Positions 30,827 to 47,464 of a DNA stretch of 64,000 nt are shown here, in pieces. The notes below the pieces were generated by a model that ran no database searches, was not told where the DNA came from, and worked only from the letters and a program-made list of their open reading frames with translations. The stretch lies in the NCBI RefSeq assembly GCF_009914755.1, contig NC_060928.1, one strand, 5' to 3'. Position 1 is the first letter of the stretch. Each line of letters opens with the position of its first letter. This DNA comes from the human T2T-CHM13v2.0 reference genome, Homo sapiens. Position numbers and translations under genes: made by a program.

Positions 30827-32859
30827 TGAACTTGAAAGCAAAGAATGCCCAAAGAACATTCACCAAAATTGACCATATATTTTAGGACATAAACATACAC
30901 AAACCAAACTCAAGAAAACAGATGGAGGGATTAGCCTAAAACAGGAGAAGGGTCATCTCTTCCTCTGAGACTAGAAAGAGACCAGGTGCATATACAGGTA
31001 AGTTTACAGATGTCAGGCAGCAAGTCAAGGGCTTTTCCCTTCTTCATCACCTCAGTTTTCTCTGTGAAATAGGAGCCAGAAATGTAAAAGGTAGAGGAGG
31101 AAGCAGATAGAGAGTAAGATTTTCATGTTTTGAATGCCACTAAGGGACAAGTTGAGGGAGAATAGACAAGATTATAGTCTTTGTCTTTTGTTATTGTTGT
31201 TATTCAGATTGAAGAACCACCAAAGTTTTCATTTTTATCCAATTCTACCAGGTATAAAGGGAAAAATAAAATGGTTAGTCTCAGAGGCTCATTAGATAGG
31301 AAGGGTGGTGGTTTAAACACAGTAAAAAATAGAAATAAAAATAAAAAAACCTTCGTTAACTCCATTAAAGCTTGCAGCTAGGGAGCAAGAAACAGATTTT
31401 TTGTTGTTATTTTGATTTTGTTGTTGTTTTTGCTTCAGCTAAGAGGTATGCTGCAAACCAGATCCCTGCTTATCAAGGACTAAAACCCCTAACTTTAGGA
31501 AGAAAATATACATATTCATATGTATGCTCATATACAGGCCCATAGAAACACATCATACAAATGTGACCCCAAATGTTTTTATTATTAACACAGGAGGGGG
31601 GAAAAACAGTAAATAAACAACCCAAGGTTAAAATAAATTCAAAATTAAACTACCAATTTAATCAAATGTCCTAATTTGTGCCCCAATATGTGCCTCTTTT
31701 TGATTTTCACAAATTAGTAAATTAGTACTAACAAATATTTTTGCCAGCCTAATAGAAAACAGTTACGTAAGTAACTAAATAGGAACATCAACTCACCTCA
31801 TTAAGCGCATTTTGTGAGACTTAAGAGAGCATCACCACCTGGTGGTAGATTCAGGGTAATGATTAGCAACCAAATAGAAGGAAATGGCCAGTCCCTGTCA
31901 CAGATAACATACATTATGAGAGACCAAAAGCCTTGGCCAAAACTAAGACCAAAAAAAGTAGCACTATAAGTGATTAGCTTCCAACTTAATAGAATAACAG
32001 AAATTTGGAAGGGTGATCTAGAATCCACATTTAAGATTCTAATACAATATCCCATGTAGTACAAAAATCCTGTCTACAAAACTATAGAGATATGATACAT
32101 TGTCTGTGCTAAATACCTGTAGTAAAAAGAAACAACTTCTCTGGATATCATAGATTGCTAGATAGGTTTAAGTTGGGTTTAAATTTGAAACTTTTTATGT
32201 CCCTCGATCAGTCAATCTAATTTTGCAACCCAATGCAACATAGAAAACCCCTGATATATTCTATAGCCTGACTTCAAATATATCTCTCATTTTGTTTTTG
32301 TTTGTTATAAATAACACCCCATATTCTTCAATTGCCTTGATTTCTAGATACCGTACATCCTGGTCTTCCAGATTTTACAGATATATTTGATTTGTCAGCA
32401 TCTATTTTTAATGCAGCACCTAAAATAAAACTGACTCACATGTTGGCAGTGGAGTATAGGCACTTCTATTAATACTTTCCATGTTTCCTTTCAGATTTTA
32501 ATAGCTGTATCACACTTCTGCTCACATGTTTTAGTGACAATTATTCCTGAACAGCTTTATGTTACATGGTGACCAGTAAGCTGAGTGTTAGAAGAGGCTG
32601 AATAGATTTAAGGGCCGGCATTTACTTTTGAAAGTCTATCCCTAAACCTCAGCTCTCTTCCTCTGCTCTATAAAGTTCCACCATATACTCACTTATGAAA
32701 GAAGAGGAACAATAAAAGAGTAACTTCAAGATAACCACGAAGAGACAGTAAAACATAAAAATTTTGATACATTTTTATGCTTAGACCATAAGGAGGTTTA
32801 TGGTGACATAGGCATCACACAGCAAGGGAGCCCCAGGAGGATTATATTTAGATATCTAT

Positions 32860-32860
<1 letters not shown>

Positions 32861-32916
<56 letters not shown>
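32861..32916. repeat. (TAGA)14 tetranucleotide microsatellite
   Basis: Read directly. Confidence 0.95.
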
Positions 32917-32917
<1 letters not shown>

Positions 32918-33559
32918 GTAGAGATAGAGATATATGCAGCTCTCTGAATTGGAGATGCAGAACCTAAGGCAGTCTGCTGTTTGCTCTCTGTCTGCGCTGG
33001 CCTTTGAGACAATATAAAAAGCAAATAAGGGTATTCCCAATAGTAAAAGATTATTGAGGATTTTTTCTGGGGAGTGATTAGGCTGGAAAGGTAGGAGCTA
33101 AATATTGTTTTGGCAGCAGCAGCTTTTGCAACAATAATAGAATCTGATGCAGACTGTAGCAAAATAAAATCACACCACTTAGGGAAATGCCATCGGTAAC
33201 TTTGGACAAATGTTTCATATGGTTCATTATGAAATATCGGTTAATAAATTAGGTGTTTATCATAACAAATGTTTTCAATTTGACTTCTTGTTCTTTTCAA
33301 TTTCTCATATACATGCCCGTATGCACTCATGATACAGATGGGACGCAAAACATTTTTACCTTTAACATAGAAAAAAGTGTATAATATAGATATTTATATA
33401 TATAATTTCAGCTGTAATAGAAATGGCTACAAGTGAGAGTCTATATGAAATAAACAGTATGTAAAGAAAAGATATTTTATTAGAAGGCAAATAATTTTAA
33501 CCAATTTATTTCTCTCCATGATTAAGATTTAGCTGTATCGTTTTATTTTTATGTTCCAG

Positions 33560-33631
33560 GGACCTTGAAGGCAACCATATCCATAATTTAAGAAATTTGA
33601 CTTTTATTTCCTGCAGTAATTTAACTGTTTT
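33560..33631 (+). CDS. RXFP1: RXFP1 exon 10 (LRR), 72 nt
   Basis: ttccag|G...GTT TT|gtaagt; DLEGNHIHNLRNLTFISCSNLTV(L). Confidence 0.97.
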
Positions 33632-34241
33632 GTAAGTAATATGCTATGCTTTTGAAGTAATATTATCTTTTCTTACAAATAAAATTTAAAAACACCCATT
33701 TTATGGAAAAAAAATCCCAAAGAACATCAAGAGTCTGTTGTTGGATCTCAGTTTGAGAAACACTAAATTGAAGTCTTAGCCTATAAGAATGTTTATCCTT
33801 TGCAAATTATTATGGTATAAATTAAGTTTTTCTTTACAATTGTGAAAAAATAGTTACAATCAAAATGAAAAACAAAATACTGCTGAATGTTCACAACCTT
33901 GAGGATGTAATTATGGACATCAAGATAAACCTTGAAGTGTTAATGAGTGTAATTCCTTCTTATGCATCTCTGGCCTATTTTAAATTCACATGGTATTTTC
34001 TGTTAAAAGTAAAGGATGTTAGGTCTTCCTTCAGTAAAAAAAAATCCAACTCTCCTATTCACAGCTTATTTTACCAGAATGTTTTTCAAACTATGGATTG
34101 CAACTAATAAGTAGGTGATGAAAGTAATATATAGCACAATTTATTATACCCTTGTCAGCATTTTTAAGGGAAACAGAATTTAATTGAATAGATTATATCA
34201 GACTGCAATGCAGATAATAAATGTATTGTTTCATGAGCCTT

Positions 34242-34244
<3 letters not shown>

Positions 34245-34284
<40 letters not shown>
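34245..34284. repeat. (GT)20 microsatellite
   Basis: Read directly. Confidence 0.95.
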
Positions 34285-34287
<3 letters not shown>

Positions 34288-35371
34288 ATGATCCAATATA
34301 AAACACATTTTTTACTGTGTGTTACCACAGGAATGATTTGAAAACCATTATCCTAGACTACACAGGACCCCTGTATATAGGCGATACAATAGCTCCCACT
34401 GATATTACCATATGTTTTCTCCAATTCCCCCCATTCCAATGGGTTCCAATGAGTTCCAGTTTGAACTCCTCCTGAGTTCAGCAATCTTCAGGTACAGGGT
34501 GCTTGATATAAATAATGCAAAATAGTGTATAGTAATTGCCCAAAGGAAACCAAATTGCACCTGAAGGACACAGAACAAATAGATATCTGAAAAACTTAGA
34601 ATTTCTTTTCTATTGTACTTGTATTTATTTTTTAAGGAAACCTCTGTATTAAGAGATTATTTGTGGATTTCCTCTTGGCAGGTGTTGTGCTTTTAAGGTC
34701 CAAGAATATTGGGAAATGGTGGTAATGGTTTGGAGTGCAGTGAGGAAATAAATGGGAAAGGACAATTTGAAGACATGTCATACAATGTTTAAAAAATTAA
34801 AAGCCCTTTAAAACTTAGTTCTGAGTTGGTCCTCTAGGCTAGCTGGTAACACATGAGATCAGTGCAGAAATGTCAAGAGTTAAACAGACTGATTCAGCAT
34901 CCCAAATTAGAGATTCTTCTAAAGGGGTTCAGCTAAGAGTGGACTTCCTTAGGCAGATCCGCCCGAAATCACATCAAGTAACAAATGAGTAGGAGTGCTG
35001 TGGTGGGTGGGCTATTTTGTTAGACAGTCATGCTATGCAGACTGAAAAGACAAGTCTAAAACAGCTCCTATGCTCTTGGTTGCAAGATATGCAGTCTGTA
35101 TTCTCAAAAGTTGGGGTTTTCACCATTTCTCGTGCAAAGCTCTTCCTCCCTATTTCACTTAAAATTTTGAATTTCTATTATTATCATCATCAAAACATTT
35201 GAGAAATTTAGGATTAAAATTAAATTGGATAATTTATACTACTTCAAAATGTCTTTATGTGAAAAATGTACTGTATATTCATTATCTTTGTTTCTGCATA
35301 CCGTTCCTCTCTTTAGTAATTCTTGTCGGTTACCTAAAGAAGTTACAATGTATTTTTCTTTTTACTTTCAG

Positions 35372-35443
35372 AGTGATGAGGAAAAACAAAATTAATCACT
35401 TAAATGAAAATACTTTTGCACCTCTCCAGAAACTGGATGAATT
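35372..35443 (+). CDS. RXFP1: RXFP1 exon 11 (LRR), 72 nt
   Basis: tttcag|A...GAA TT|gtaagt; VMRKNKINHLNENTFAPLQKLDE(L), also seen in ORF 35199..35447. Confidence 0.97.
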
Positions 35444-35739
35444 GTAAGTATGACTGAACATATACTGATAAGAATTTTCTTTCTACTGTTTTTTCACACT
35501 TGTACTTACATGTGTTTATACATTTAAGAAATATTACTTATCTCCTCTTTCTAAGCATTATTTACATATATACACCTCAAGCCACAAAGGAATTCAGATG
35601 GCATACAAAAAATATGGAAAATAAAAATATAAATATTTGAGGAAAGTGGGTTAAAGGAAACACAGCTGTAAAGAAATAATAAAGCCAGTATAAAATTAAT
35701 AAATAAAATACATTCTACACCACTCTGTTCTACTCCTAA

Positions 35740-36657
<918 letters not shown>

Positions 36658-38545
36658 TAGTATCCATCTTCTGGAAAGAATCTGAATGTGGACAGAGCTA
36701 CTTGTTTTGACAATTAGCTAGACAGAACACTGATTTATTAAAACTTTTCCATAAAAATTAAAGAATACAATTAGAATGTTATGAAAATAACACCAGGACA
36801 CCTTACTTGGGCACTCAAGAAGTTACAATGTGTTTTTCCTTATGCTAGGTAGAGGGAATACATGTACCAGGAGCAGGAACGTTTCTCAGGTAACAATCCT
36901 GCATTCTGCCCCAAAACATCAGGGAATGAGCCATTAAAAACCCAACATTTTATCTGTAGCCTGAAACACTTTTGGTGGTCAGTACCAATCATTCACAAAA
37001 TGTGCAGGAAAATCTCAAAAACAAATAGACCCAACCATCTGTTGTAGCAACTCCTGGCACGTGATAATTGAACCATATCATCAGCACATAGGAAAGTAGT
37101 CTAAATAGTAGGGGGAGATGCAGCTGGATGATCCAAAGTATTATCTAGACATTAGAATACAAGTTAGTCAAGGAATACTAACTATATACTTTTTCTTGTT
37201 TCATCCACTTGAAATCATACCTGAATATCAAGGGACAGTTCCTTCAAATCCTAGCCTTCATGGTGGCAGTCAGGTGCAGATTTTATATATCAATAACCAA
37301 CAGTGAACATGAACTCAAAGGGCTTAGTGCATAACCAATGCTAATCCAGGTTCAGAAGTAAAGGAAAGAATAATACAAACTGCAGAGGGTGACCAAGGCC
37401 AATAATTTGTCTTGCTAATTATTAGGTGGACTTTAATGCACCTAATCCCATATTAAACACTTACCTGAAAAATCAGATTCACCAGGACAAAAATAGCATG
37501 TTTTCTAAGAGTCGATGGCTTTCATTGGATGAGTCTATATCTAAAGTGTCCTTTTGAGAGAGGGTTGAACTACACTCTGTGCCCCTCCAGGCTCCATCAC
37601 ACCAACAGAGTTAATGAGGACAAAGAGGATTCACTTGTCACAGAGGACTTTAAGTAGCTCTAGTGACAGAAAATCTTTGCCACGTGGGTGACTTAATTTG
37701 AGCTTTTAAAGTCAACTACTCTAGTTTACAAGGTGTTTCCTGAGTTCATTCAGAAATGGACCTTGACTCCAATTAAGTTTAGCCTAACTTTCCTAAACTT
37801 AAGCTGAGAAAATGGCCCTTTCAAATGTCACTTGGGATCTGGGCCAACACTATCCCATTACATGATTCATGCTGTTAGAACTATCTGCCAGGATTTGCTC
37901 TGATAACAAAACCCACACTCCCACCAGTAATTGTTGAACAAGACATTTGGAATTTTAATATCCCAGTGCACCATTTTAAATCCATTTGCACATTGCTTTA
38001 CTAATATGATCAATATTTTACTTGGCTTCCTATACAAGGAACTGAAATTGTGCCCCACTTTTACTAAAGATGAAGCAGATAGACTCAGTGTATTCATAGT
38101 CTTCTAACTGGGGATGGAGAAAACAGCTAGTCCAAAACTGAGCTAGGCACTGGGTAGCCCAGATGAATAGATATCGTTCTTGTACTCAAAGAACTCACGT
38201 TTCAGAAAGGAAGCACGTATGTACAGAAACAGTTGTAGTATGATGTTATATGTGCTATATGTGTTATATGTGCTATACTAGAAGTGTGCAAGAGGAATGC
38301 ATAGGAGAACAAAGGACAAAACACTTAACCTCCCTGGGCTCAGAGGTTAAACAGAGGAATGACGTTTGAATGAAGTCTAGAAGGATGAATATGAGATCAC
38401 AAGGAGGGAAAGAAGAGCATGGGGATTAAAATACTGAAGTGCATTCGGGTCATGGTGAAAAGTTACTTTGGATAGAAAGTGGTAGGCAAGGAGACTGGAA
38501 ACATAGTCAATGGCAAGACATTTGAATATTTAAAGGTTCATTATG

Positions 38546-39971
<1,426 letters not shown>

Positions 39972-40138
39972 TTATATTTTCCAACTTTGCTCCTTTTTTA
40001 AATTTTTAGACTTCTGGTGATTAATATAACTCACCAATGGCATTGTTGAAAAGTTGTATAGTGGTTTCCTAATGAATTTCAGAACAATGAGTAAAGTCTT
40101 AAGAAAATAATATCACATATTTGCAATTATTTCTCCAG

Positions 40139-40210
40139 GGATTTAGGAAGTAATAAGATTGAAAATCTTCCACCGCTTATATTCAAGGACCTGAAGGAGC
40201 TGTCACAATT
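40139..40210 (+). CDS. RXFP1: RXFP1 exon 12 (LRR), 72 nt
   Basis: ctccag|G...CAA TT|gtaaga; DLGSNKIENLPPLIFKDLKELSQ(L). Confidence 0.97.
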
Positions 40211-40254
40211 GTAAGACTGATGTTAATTTTGCCACCTCGTTTCTTTATTTTATT

Positions 40255-42440
40255 ATTTTTTAAATTGTAAAATATGCATAACATAAAATTAGCCATTTTT
40301 AAGTGTGTAGTTGAGTAGCATTAGCTACATTCACATTGCTGCCCAACCACCACCACCATCTACCTCCAGAAGTTTTTCATGTTGCAAAACTGAAACTCTA
40401 GCCACTAAACACTAACTTCCCACTCACCGTTTCCCCATCCCCTGGCTACCACCATTCTACTTTGTGTCTGTGTGAATTTGACTACTCCAGATACCTCATA
40501 GAAGTAAAATCATGGAATATTTATCTTTTTGTGACAGGCCTATTCTACTTAGCATACTGTCTTCAAGTTTCATTTCTGTTGTAGCAGAAATGAATTTCCT
40601 TCCTTCTTAAGGCTGAACAATATTTCATTGTGTATATGTATTGCAGTGTTTATTCACCCATCAATGGACATTTTAGTTGCTTCCATCTTTTGCCTATTGT
40701 GGATAATGTTGCTATGAACATGGGCGTACAAATATCTGTTGACTCTGCTTTCAATTTTTAGGTACCTACTCTCAAAAGTAGAATTGCTGTTTCATACATT
40801 TCTGTCATTTTATTTTTAATGCATGTTTCATTCTGTTTTCCATAGGAGTTTAACCATTTTACATTTCCGCTAGTAGTATACTAGGGTTTCCATTTCTCCA
40901 CATCCTTCCCAACACTTGGTATTTTCTGTTTTTTTGATAATAGGCATGCTAATGGATGTGAAATGGTATCTCACTGTGATTTTGTTTTGTGATTCCCAGT
41001 GATTAGTGATGTTGAGCAACTTTTCATGTGCTTATTGGCCATTTGGATACCTTCTTGCAGAAAAATCTGTTCAAGTCATTCACTCATTTTTCAATTGGAT
41101 TGTTCAGGTTTTCTGTAGTTGTTAGATTGTTGGAGTTCTTATATATTCTGGATGTTAACTTCTTTTCAGATACATGATTTTCAAATATTTTCTCCCATTG
41201 TATGGGCTGCCTTTTCACTCTATTATGGTGTCCTTTGATGCACAAAAGTTTTTAATTTATGTATAGTCTAATTTTTAAATTTCTTTTTTTGTTACTTATG
41301 CTTTTGGTGTCATATCCAAAATAACACCAAATGTCATTGGTGTCATGTCATGAAGCTTTTCCTGTATGATTTCTTCTAAGAGTCTTATAGTTTTTAGCTT
41401 TAATATTTAGGTCTTAAATCCATTTTGAGTTAACTTATGTACATGGTGTAAGGTAAGGATCCAACTTCATTCTTTTGCATGTGGATGTCCAGTTTTCTCA
41501 ACACAATTTATTGAAAAGACTACTCTTTCCCCATTGAATGTCCTTGGCACCCTTGTTGAAAATCATTTGACCATATATCTGTGAGTTTATTCCTGAGCTC
41601 TCTATTCTATTCCATTAGTCTACATGTCTGTATTTCAGCCAGTACCACACTGATTGCTGTAGCTTTGTAGTATGTTTTGAAATTAAGTGGTGTAAAATCT
41701 CCAATTTTGTTCTGCTTTTTTCAAGATTGTTTGGCTATGTGGGCTCCCTGCATTTTCCATATGAATTTTAGGATGGATTTTCATATTTCTGCAAAAAAAA
41801 AAGGCAATGGGATTTTGGCAGGTTGCTTTGAATCTGTAGCTCACTTTGAGCAATACTGACATCTTAATATTAAGTCTTCTGATCTGTGAACATAGCATGT
41901 CTTTCCTTTCATTGGTGTCTTCCTTATTTTCTTTCAGCAATGTTTCGCAGTTGCCAGGGTATTTATCTTTCACCTCCTTGGTTAAGTTTATTTAAGTATA
42001 TTATTCTTTTGATGCTATTGTAAATGGAATTCTTTTCCTCATTTTCTTTTGTGATTATTCATTGCATATAGAAACACAGCTGATTTTTGTGTGTTAATTT
42101 TATATCCAGGAATGTTGATGAATGTTTTAGTTCAAATGGATTTCTTTTTAGTTAAATCTTTAGGATATTCTACATATAAGATTACATCACCTGTAAACAG
42201 AGATCATTTTTTTCTTCTTTTACAATTTGGATGCCTGCCTTTCACTTTTTTTTCTTGCCGAATTGTTCTAATTAGGACTTCCAACATTATGTTGAATGAA
42301 AGTGGTAAAAGCAGGAATCCTTGTCTTGTTCCCACTCTTAAGGGAAAGCTTTTGGTCTTTTACCATTGAGTGTGGGTTTTCATATACATCCTTTATTATG
42401 TGAGGTAGTTTCCTTTTATTTTTAGTTTGCTGAGTCCACT
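40255..42440 (-). mobile_element. L1 (L1MB-like) 3' ~2.2 kb
   Basis: Continuous antisense L1 ORF2/3'UTR motifs; ORF2-like peptide in ORF 41683..41973. Confidence 0.88.
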
Positions 42441-43369
42441 TCATTTTTTTATACAACCCATTGGTCATTGTCATTCTTTCTCTCTTTCCTTCTTTCTGTA
42501 ACTGTGGCTCCCCCAGCAGTTCCTTCCATCCCCCATGTAACTTATGGTCTAATCTTCAGTAAATATTTTTGTTTATTTCCTCTTTTTTTTTAATTTTGTT
42601 TTTGTAGAGATGGGGGCCTCATTATGTTGCCCAGGCTGCTCATATTGGACTTCAAGGCTCATGCCATTCTCTCACCTCGGCCTCCCAAAATGCTGCGATT
42701 ACAGGCATGAGCCACCACACCCAGTCTAAATATTTTAAAAAGAGAAATTTTCCTGAGAAGTTTCCTTTAATCAATGATTCTTGTTTCAAGGTGTTGTTTT
42801 TCAAAGATTCTGAAATTTTCTCCATTTAAATTTACCTTTCAGTTCTCTTTAAGAAGGCAGGTGCTTGTAGTCCCAGTGAGTTGAGAAGCTGGGGCAGGAG
42901 GATCCCTTGAGCCCAGGAGTTTGAGTACAGCCTGAGCAACATAGCAAGTCCCCATCTCTAAAAAATTAAAATATAACAATAAATTCCCTTTAAAGTCTAC
43001 TTTTCATTTCATGTTTCATGACTTAAGATTTATTGTAAAATATATGATATATTATTCCATTAATTCAAATTTTGACTAAATGAGATTATTTTATTTCATT
43101 TTGTTTAAACCATATCTGATCTTAGGCAAAATGTGAAGTAGATGCGGCTCTTTCTCAGTCCCCTACCACTTCTCTGGTGGCAGCCCTTTCTTGACAGCTC
43201 CGCCTTCATGCCTATGTTTTATTAGGTCTCAGTCTATCACTACCGTAATCACAGAGTATCTACCACAAGCTGGGCACTGTTCTAAGTGTTTTATCTTAAT
43301 TAATTCACTTACATGTACAATCAACCCTGTGAGGCCAATGCTATTGCTATCTCTTTATTTCACTGACAA

Positions 43370-44625
43370 ACAAAAATTGTATATATTTATCAGTACAACA
43401 TGATGTTTTGAAATATGTATACATTGTGGAATGCCTAAATTGGGCTAATTAACATATGCATCATCTCACATACTTATTTTTTGTGGTGAGAACACTTAAC
43501 GTCTACTCTCTTAGCAATTTTCAAGAATACAATACATTGTTATTTGCTATAGTCAGCATGTTACACAATAGATGTCTTGAACTTATTCCTCTTTTCTAAG
43601 TGAAATTTTTGTACCTTTTGACCAATATATTCCAATCCTTTCCCACCTGCCTCTAGTGACCACCTTCTACTCTCTACTTCCATGAGTTCAACTTTTTTAG
43701 ATTCCACATATAAATGAGATCATGTGGTAATTGTCTTTCTATGCCTGACTTACTTCATGTAGCATAATGTCCTCCAGATTCATTCATGTTGTTGCAAATG
43801 ACAGGATTTTCTGTGTTTTTTAAGGCTGAATAGTATTCTATTGTGTATGTATACATATTTTTTTATCAAGTCATCCTTTGATGGACACTTGGGTTGAATC
43901 CATACCTTGGCTATTATGAATAATGCTGCAATGAATATGGGAGTACAGAAATCTCTTTAATATACTGATTTTATTTCCTTTGGATATATATCCAGTAGAG
44001 GAATTTCTGGATCATGTAGTAGTTCAATTTTTGATTTTTGAGGAAGCCCCATACTATTTTCCATAATGGTTGTACTAATTTATATTCCCATCACCAGTAT
44101 GCAAGGGGCAACCTTTTCTTCAAATCATCCTCAACCCTTATCTTTCATCTTTTTGATAAAAATTATTCTAAAAGGTGTGAGGTAATATTGTGGTTTCAGT
44201 TTGCATTTCTCTGATGATTAGTGATGTTGAGCACTTTTTCATATACCTGTTAGTCATTTATATGTCTTCTTTTGAAAAATGTCTATTCAAGCCCTTTCCC
44301 TAATTTTTAACCAGCTTATTTGTTTTCTTGCTGAGTTGTTTGAGTTCCTTACACATTTTGGGTATTAACCACTTACCAGATATATGATTTGCAAATATTG
44401 TCCCCCATTACACAGGTTGTCTCCTCACTCTGTTGATTGTTTCCTTAGCTGTGCAGAGGCTTTTTAGTTTTATGTAATCCCATTCGTCTATTTCACTTTT
44501 GTTGCCTATATTTTTGGGGCAATATCCAAAAAAATCATCACCCAGGTTAATGTCCTGGGGCTTTCCACCTATGTTTTCTTCTAGTCGTTTTATAATTTTA
44601 CAGTTTAAGTCTTTCATCCATTACG
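43370..44625 (-). mobile_element. L1 (L1MA-like) 3' fragment
   Basis: ORF 44408..44617 contains LEENIG...[26 protein letters not shown] (L1 ORF2). Confidence 0.88.
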
Positions 44626-44741
44626 AGTTATTGTATACTTTCGTTCATAAATATGTTAAAGTAACCCAAAATAAACAGATTCACTCGCTTTACTCATGTA
44701 GTTTTTAGAAATGACCTATTGCTGCTTTTTTTAAAAAACAG

Positions 44742-44813
44742 GAATCTTTCCTATAATCCAATCCAGAAAATTCAAGCAAACCAATTTGATTATCTTGTCA
44801 AACTCAAGTCTCT
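44742..44813 (+). CDS. RXFP1: RXFP1 exon 13 (LRR), 72 nt
   Basis: aaacag|G...TCT CT|gtaagt; NLSYNPIQKIQANQFDYLVKLKS(L). Confidence 0.96.
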
Positions 44814-45259
44814 GTAAGTATTCACATATGGGGATAGTTTTATGATAAAATTGTTTTTTAAATACTAACAATGTATATTTTTATATATTTACTTCAAATC
44901 ATAAGCTTTATTTCCAAGACATTAGTTTAGCTCCACAAAAACATATGGGTGCTTGCTGAACTATAAACAGACAACTATTAGTTTTATCTTATATACTTGT
45001 AAATTAAAAAATAATGATGAATTATTTTATATTTTTCTATAAGTCATTAGGAGCTTATGTTGATTTGTTTGCTTTGACCCTTCAAAGACATCTGTGCATA
45101 TTCACTCTCTTAACACTGGGTATTTTATAATTTATTATAAGTGTTTTTACCCCAAGATGGAATATGCTAGATTATATAAATCCTTACTTGTACCACACAC
45201 ACACAAAAAGACAAAAATTCTGTTAGAGCCAAAGAATTGCCTTAAAAGATAAGCTTCAG

Positions 45260-45562
45260 GGCTGAGTGCAGTGGTTCACACCTGTAAACTCAGCACTTTG
45301 GGAGTCCGAAGCAGGAGGATTGCTTGAGATCAGGAGTTGAAGAACAACCTGGGCAACATAGGGAGATGCTGCCTCTACAAAAAAATAAAAATAAGCAAAT
45401 TAGTTGAGTGTGGTGGCATGCACCTGTGGTCCTAGCTACTTGGGAGGCTGAGGTGGGAACATTGCTTGAGTTGGGAGGTTGAGGCTGCAGTAAGCCCTGT
45501 TCATACCACCACACCAGCCTGGGCAACAGAGGAAGACCCTGTCTCAAAAAAAAAAAAAAAAA
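45260..45562 (+). mobile_element. AluJ
   Basis: TSD aaag(a/g)taagcttcag. Confidence 0.88.
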
Positions 45563-45994
45563 GGTAAGCTTCAGTTCATTTAATTTGAGTGTTCCCTCAG
45601 TAAAATGACATTTTATTAGAAAAAAATTTATTAATTAAAAATTACTAGGAAATTTTCAAGGATGTAAAGCATCCTCTGCTATTGTAATATTGTACAAAAG
45701 ATAATGCTTGTGCATTTATTCCACACATATTTATTGATTAGTTAAAATGCACAAAGCATTGTGCCATGATCTGTGAGGATCTGAAAAAAATCAAATAAGG
45801 AAGATAATACGTGTATAAATAACACAATCAGAAGGAGGAGGATTTGGGGAAGTGGGTGGGTTGAGTATAATTATTTTGTTCAGAGTAAGTGTTAACTAAA
45901 AGCATTTTATTAAATTGTCCTTCACAGAAACTCAATTTATTAAACCATGTATAATACATGTTCCTTTGATTGATTATTAATTTGATATTTTTAG

Positions 45995-46066
45995 CAGCCT
46001 AGAAGGGATTGAAATTTCAAATATCCAACAAAGGATGTTTAGACCTCTTATGAATCTCTCTCACAT
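45995..46066 (+). CDS. RXFP1: RXFP1 exon 14 (LRR), 72 nt
   Basis: ttttag|C AGC...CAC AT|gtaagt; SLEGIEISNIQQRMFRPLMNLSH(I). Confidence 0.96.
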
Positions 46067-46167
46067 GTAAGTAGATATTTTATTGTTTTTCACTGTGATG
46101 TTAATATTTGTTTCCATGTGTATTATGATAATGCATCCAATCTATTAATATTTTCTACTAATTTGCC

Positions 46168-46831
<664 letters not shown>

Positions 46832-47047
46832 ATGTCTAAACAATAATTAAAACTCTTAAACCTTTGATATTGGGTGAGATGATTTTAGTTTTCCACAGTC
46901 TGGTAGAATCTCATAGGAGATTTTTTGAATCTCAGGAAACATGATGTGAGGGGAATCCACTTGGTCTTGTAAGAAGTTCTCCTCAGCTCTAATAACTGTT
47001 CACAGATATTGATGTTTGCCTAATGAGCTAGTAATTGGTGTATAGGG

Positions 47048-47464
47048 TGTGTTAGTCCATTTTGCATTACTACAAAGGAATATCGGAGGCTCGGTAGTTT
47101 ATAAGGAAGAGTTTATTTTGGCTCACAGTTCTGTAAGTTGTAAGAGAAGCATGGTACCAACCTCTAATTTTGGTGAGGTCGTCAGGAAAGCTTTTAATCA
47201 TGGCAGAGGACAAAGAGGGAGTAGGTGTGTCAAATGGCGAGAGAGAAAGCCAGAGAGAGAAGAGGAGGTGCCAGCTCTTTTTAACAATCAGATTTCATGT
47301 GAAATAATAGAAGGAGAACTCACTTATTACTGCAGGAAGGACACCACACCATTCATGAGGGATCTACCCCATGACCCAAACACCTCCTACTGGGCCCCAC
47401 CTCCAACATTGGGAATCAACTTTTGACATGAGATTTGGAGTAGACAAATATCCAAACTATATCA
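47048..47464 (-). mobile_element. MST-family MaLR LTR
   Basis: tgtgttagtccattttgcatt...ttggctcacagttctg...ccccacctccaacattggga...tccaaactatatca. Confidence 0.8.

Noticed and set aside
32798-33162. ORFs with IYLS repeats
   Set aside because: Translation of the (TAGA)n microsatellite.
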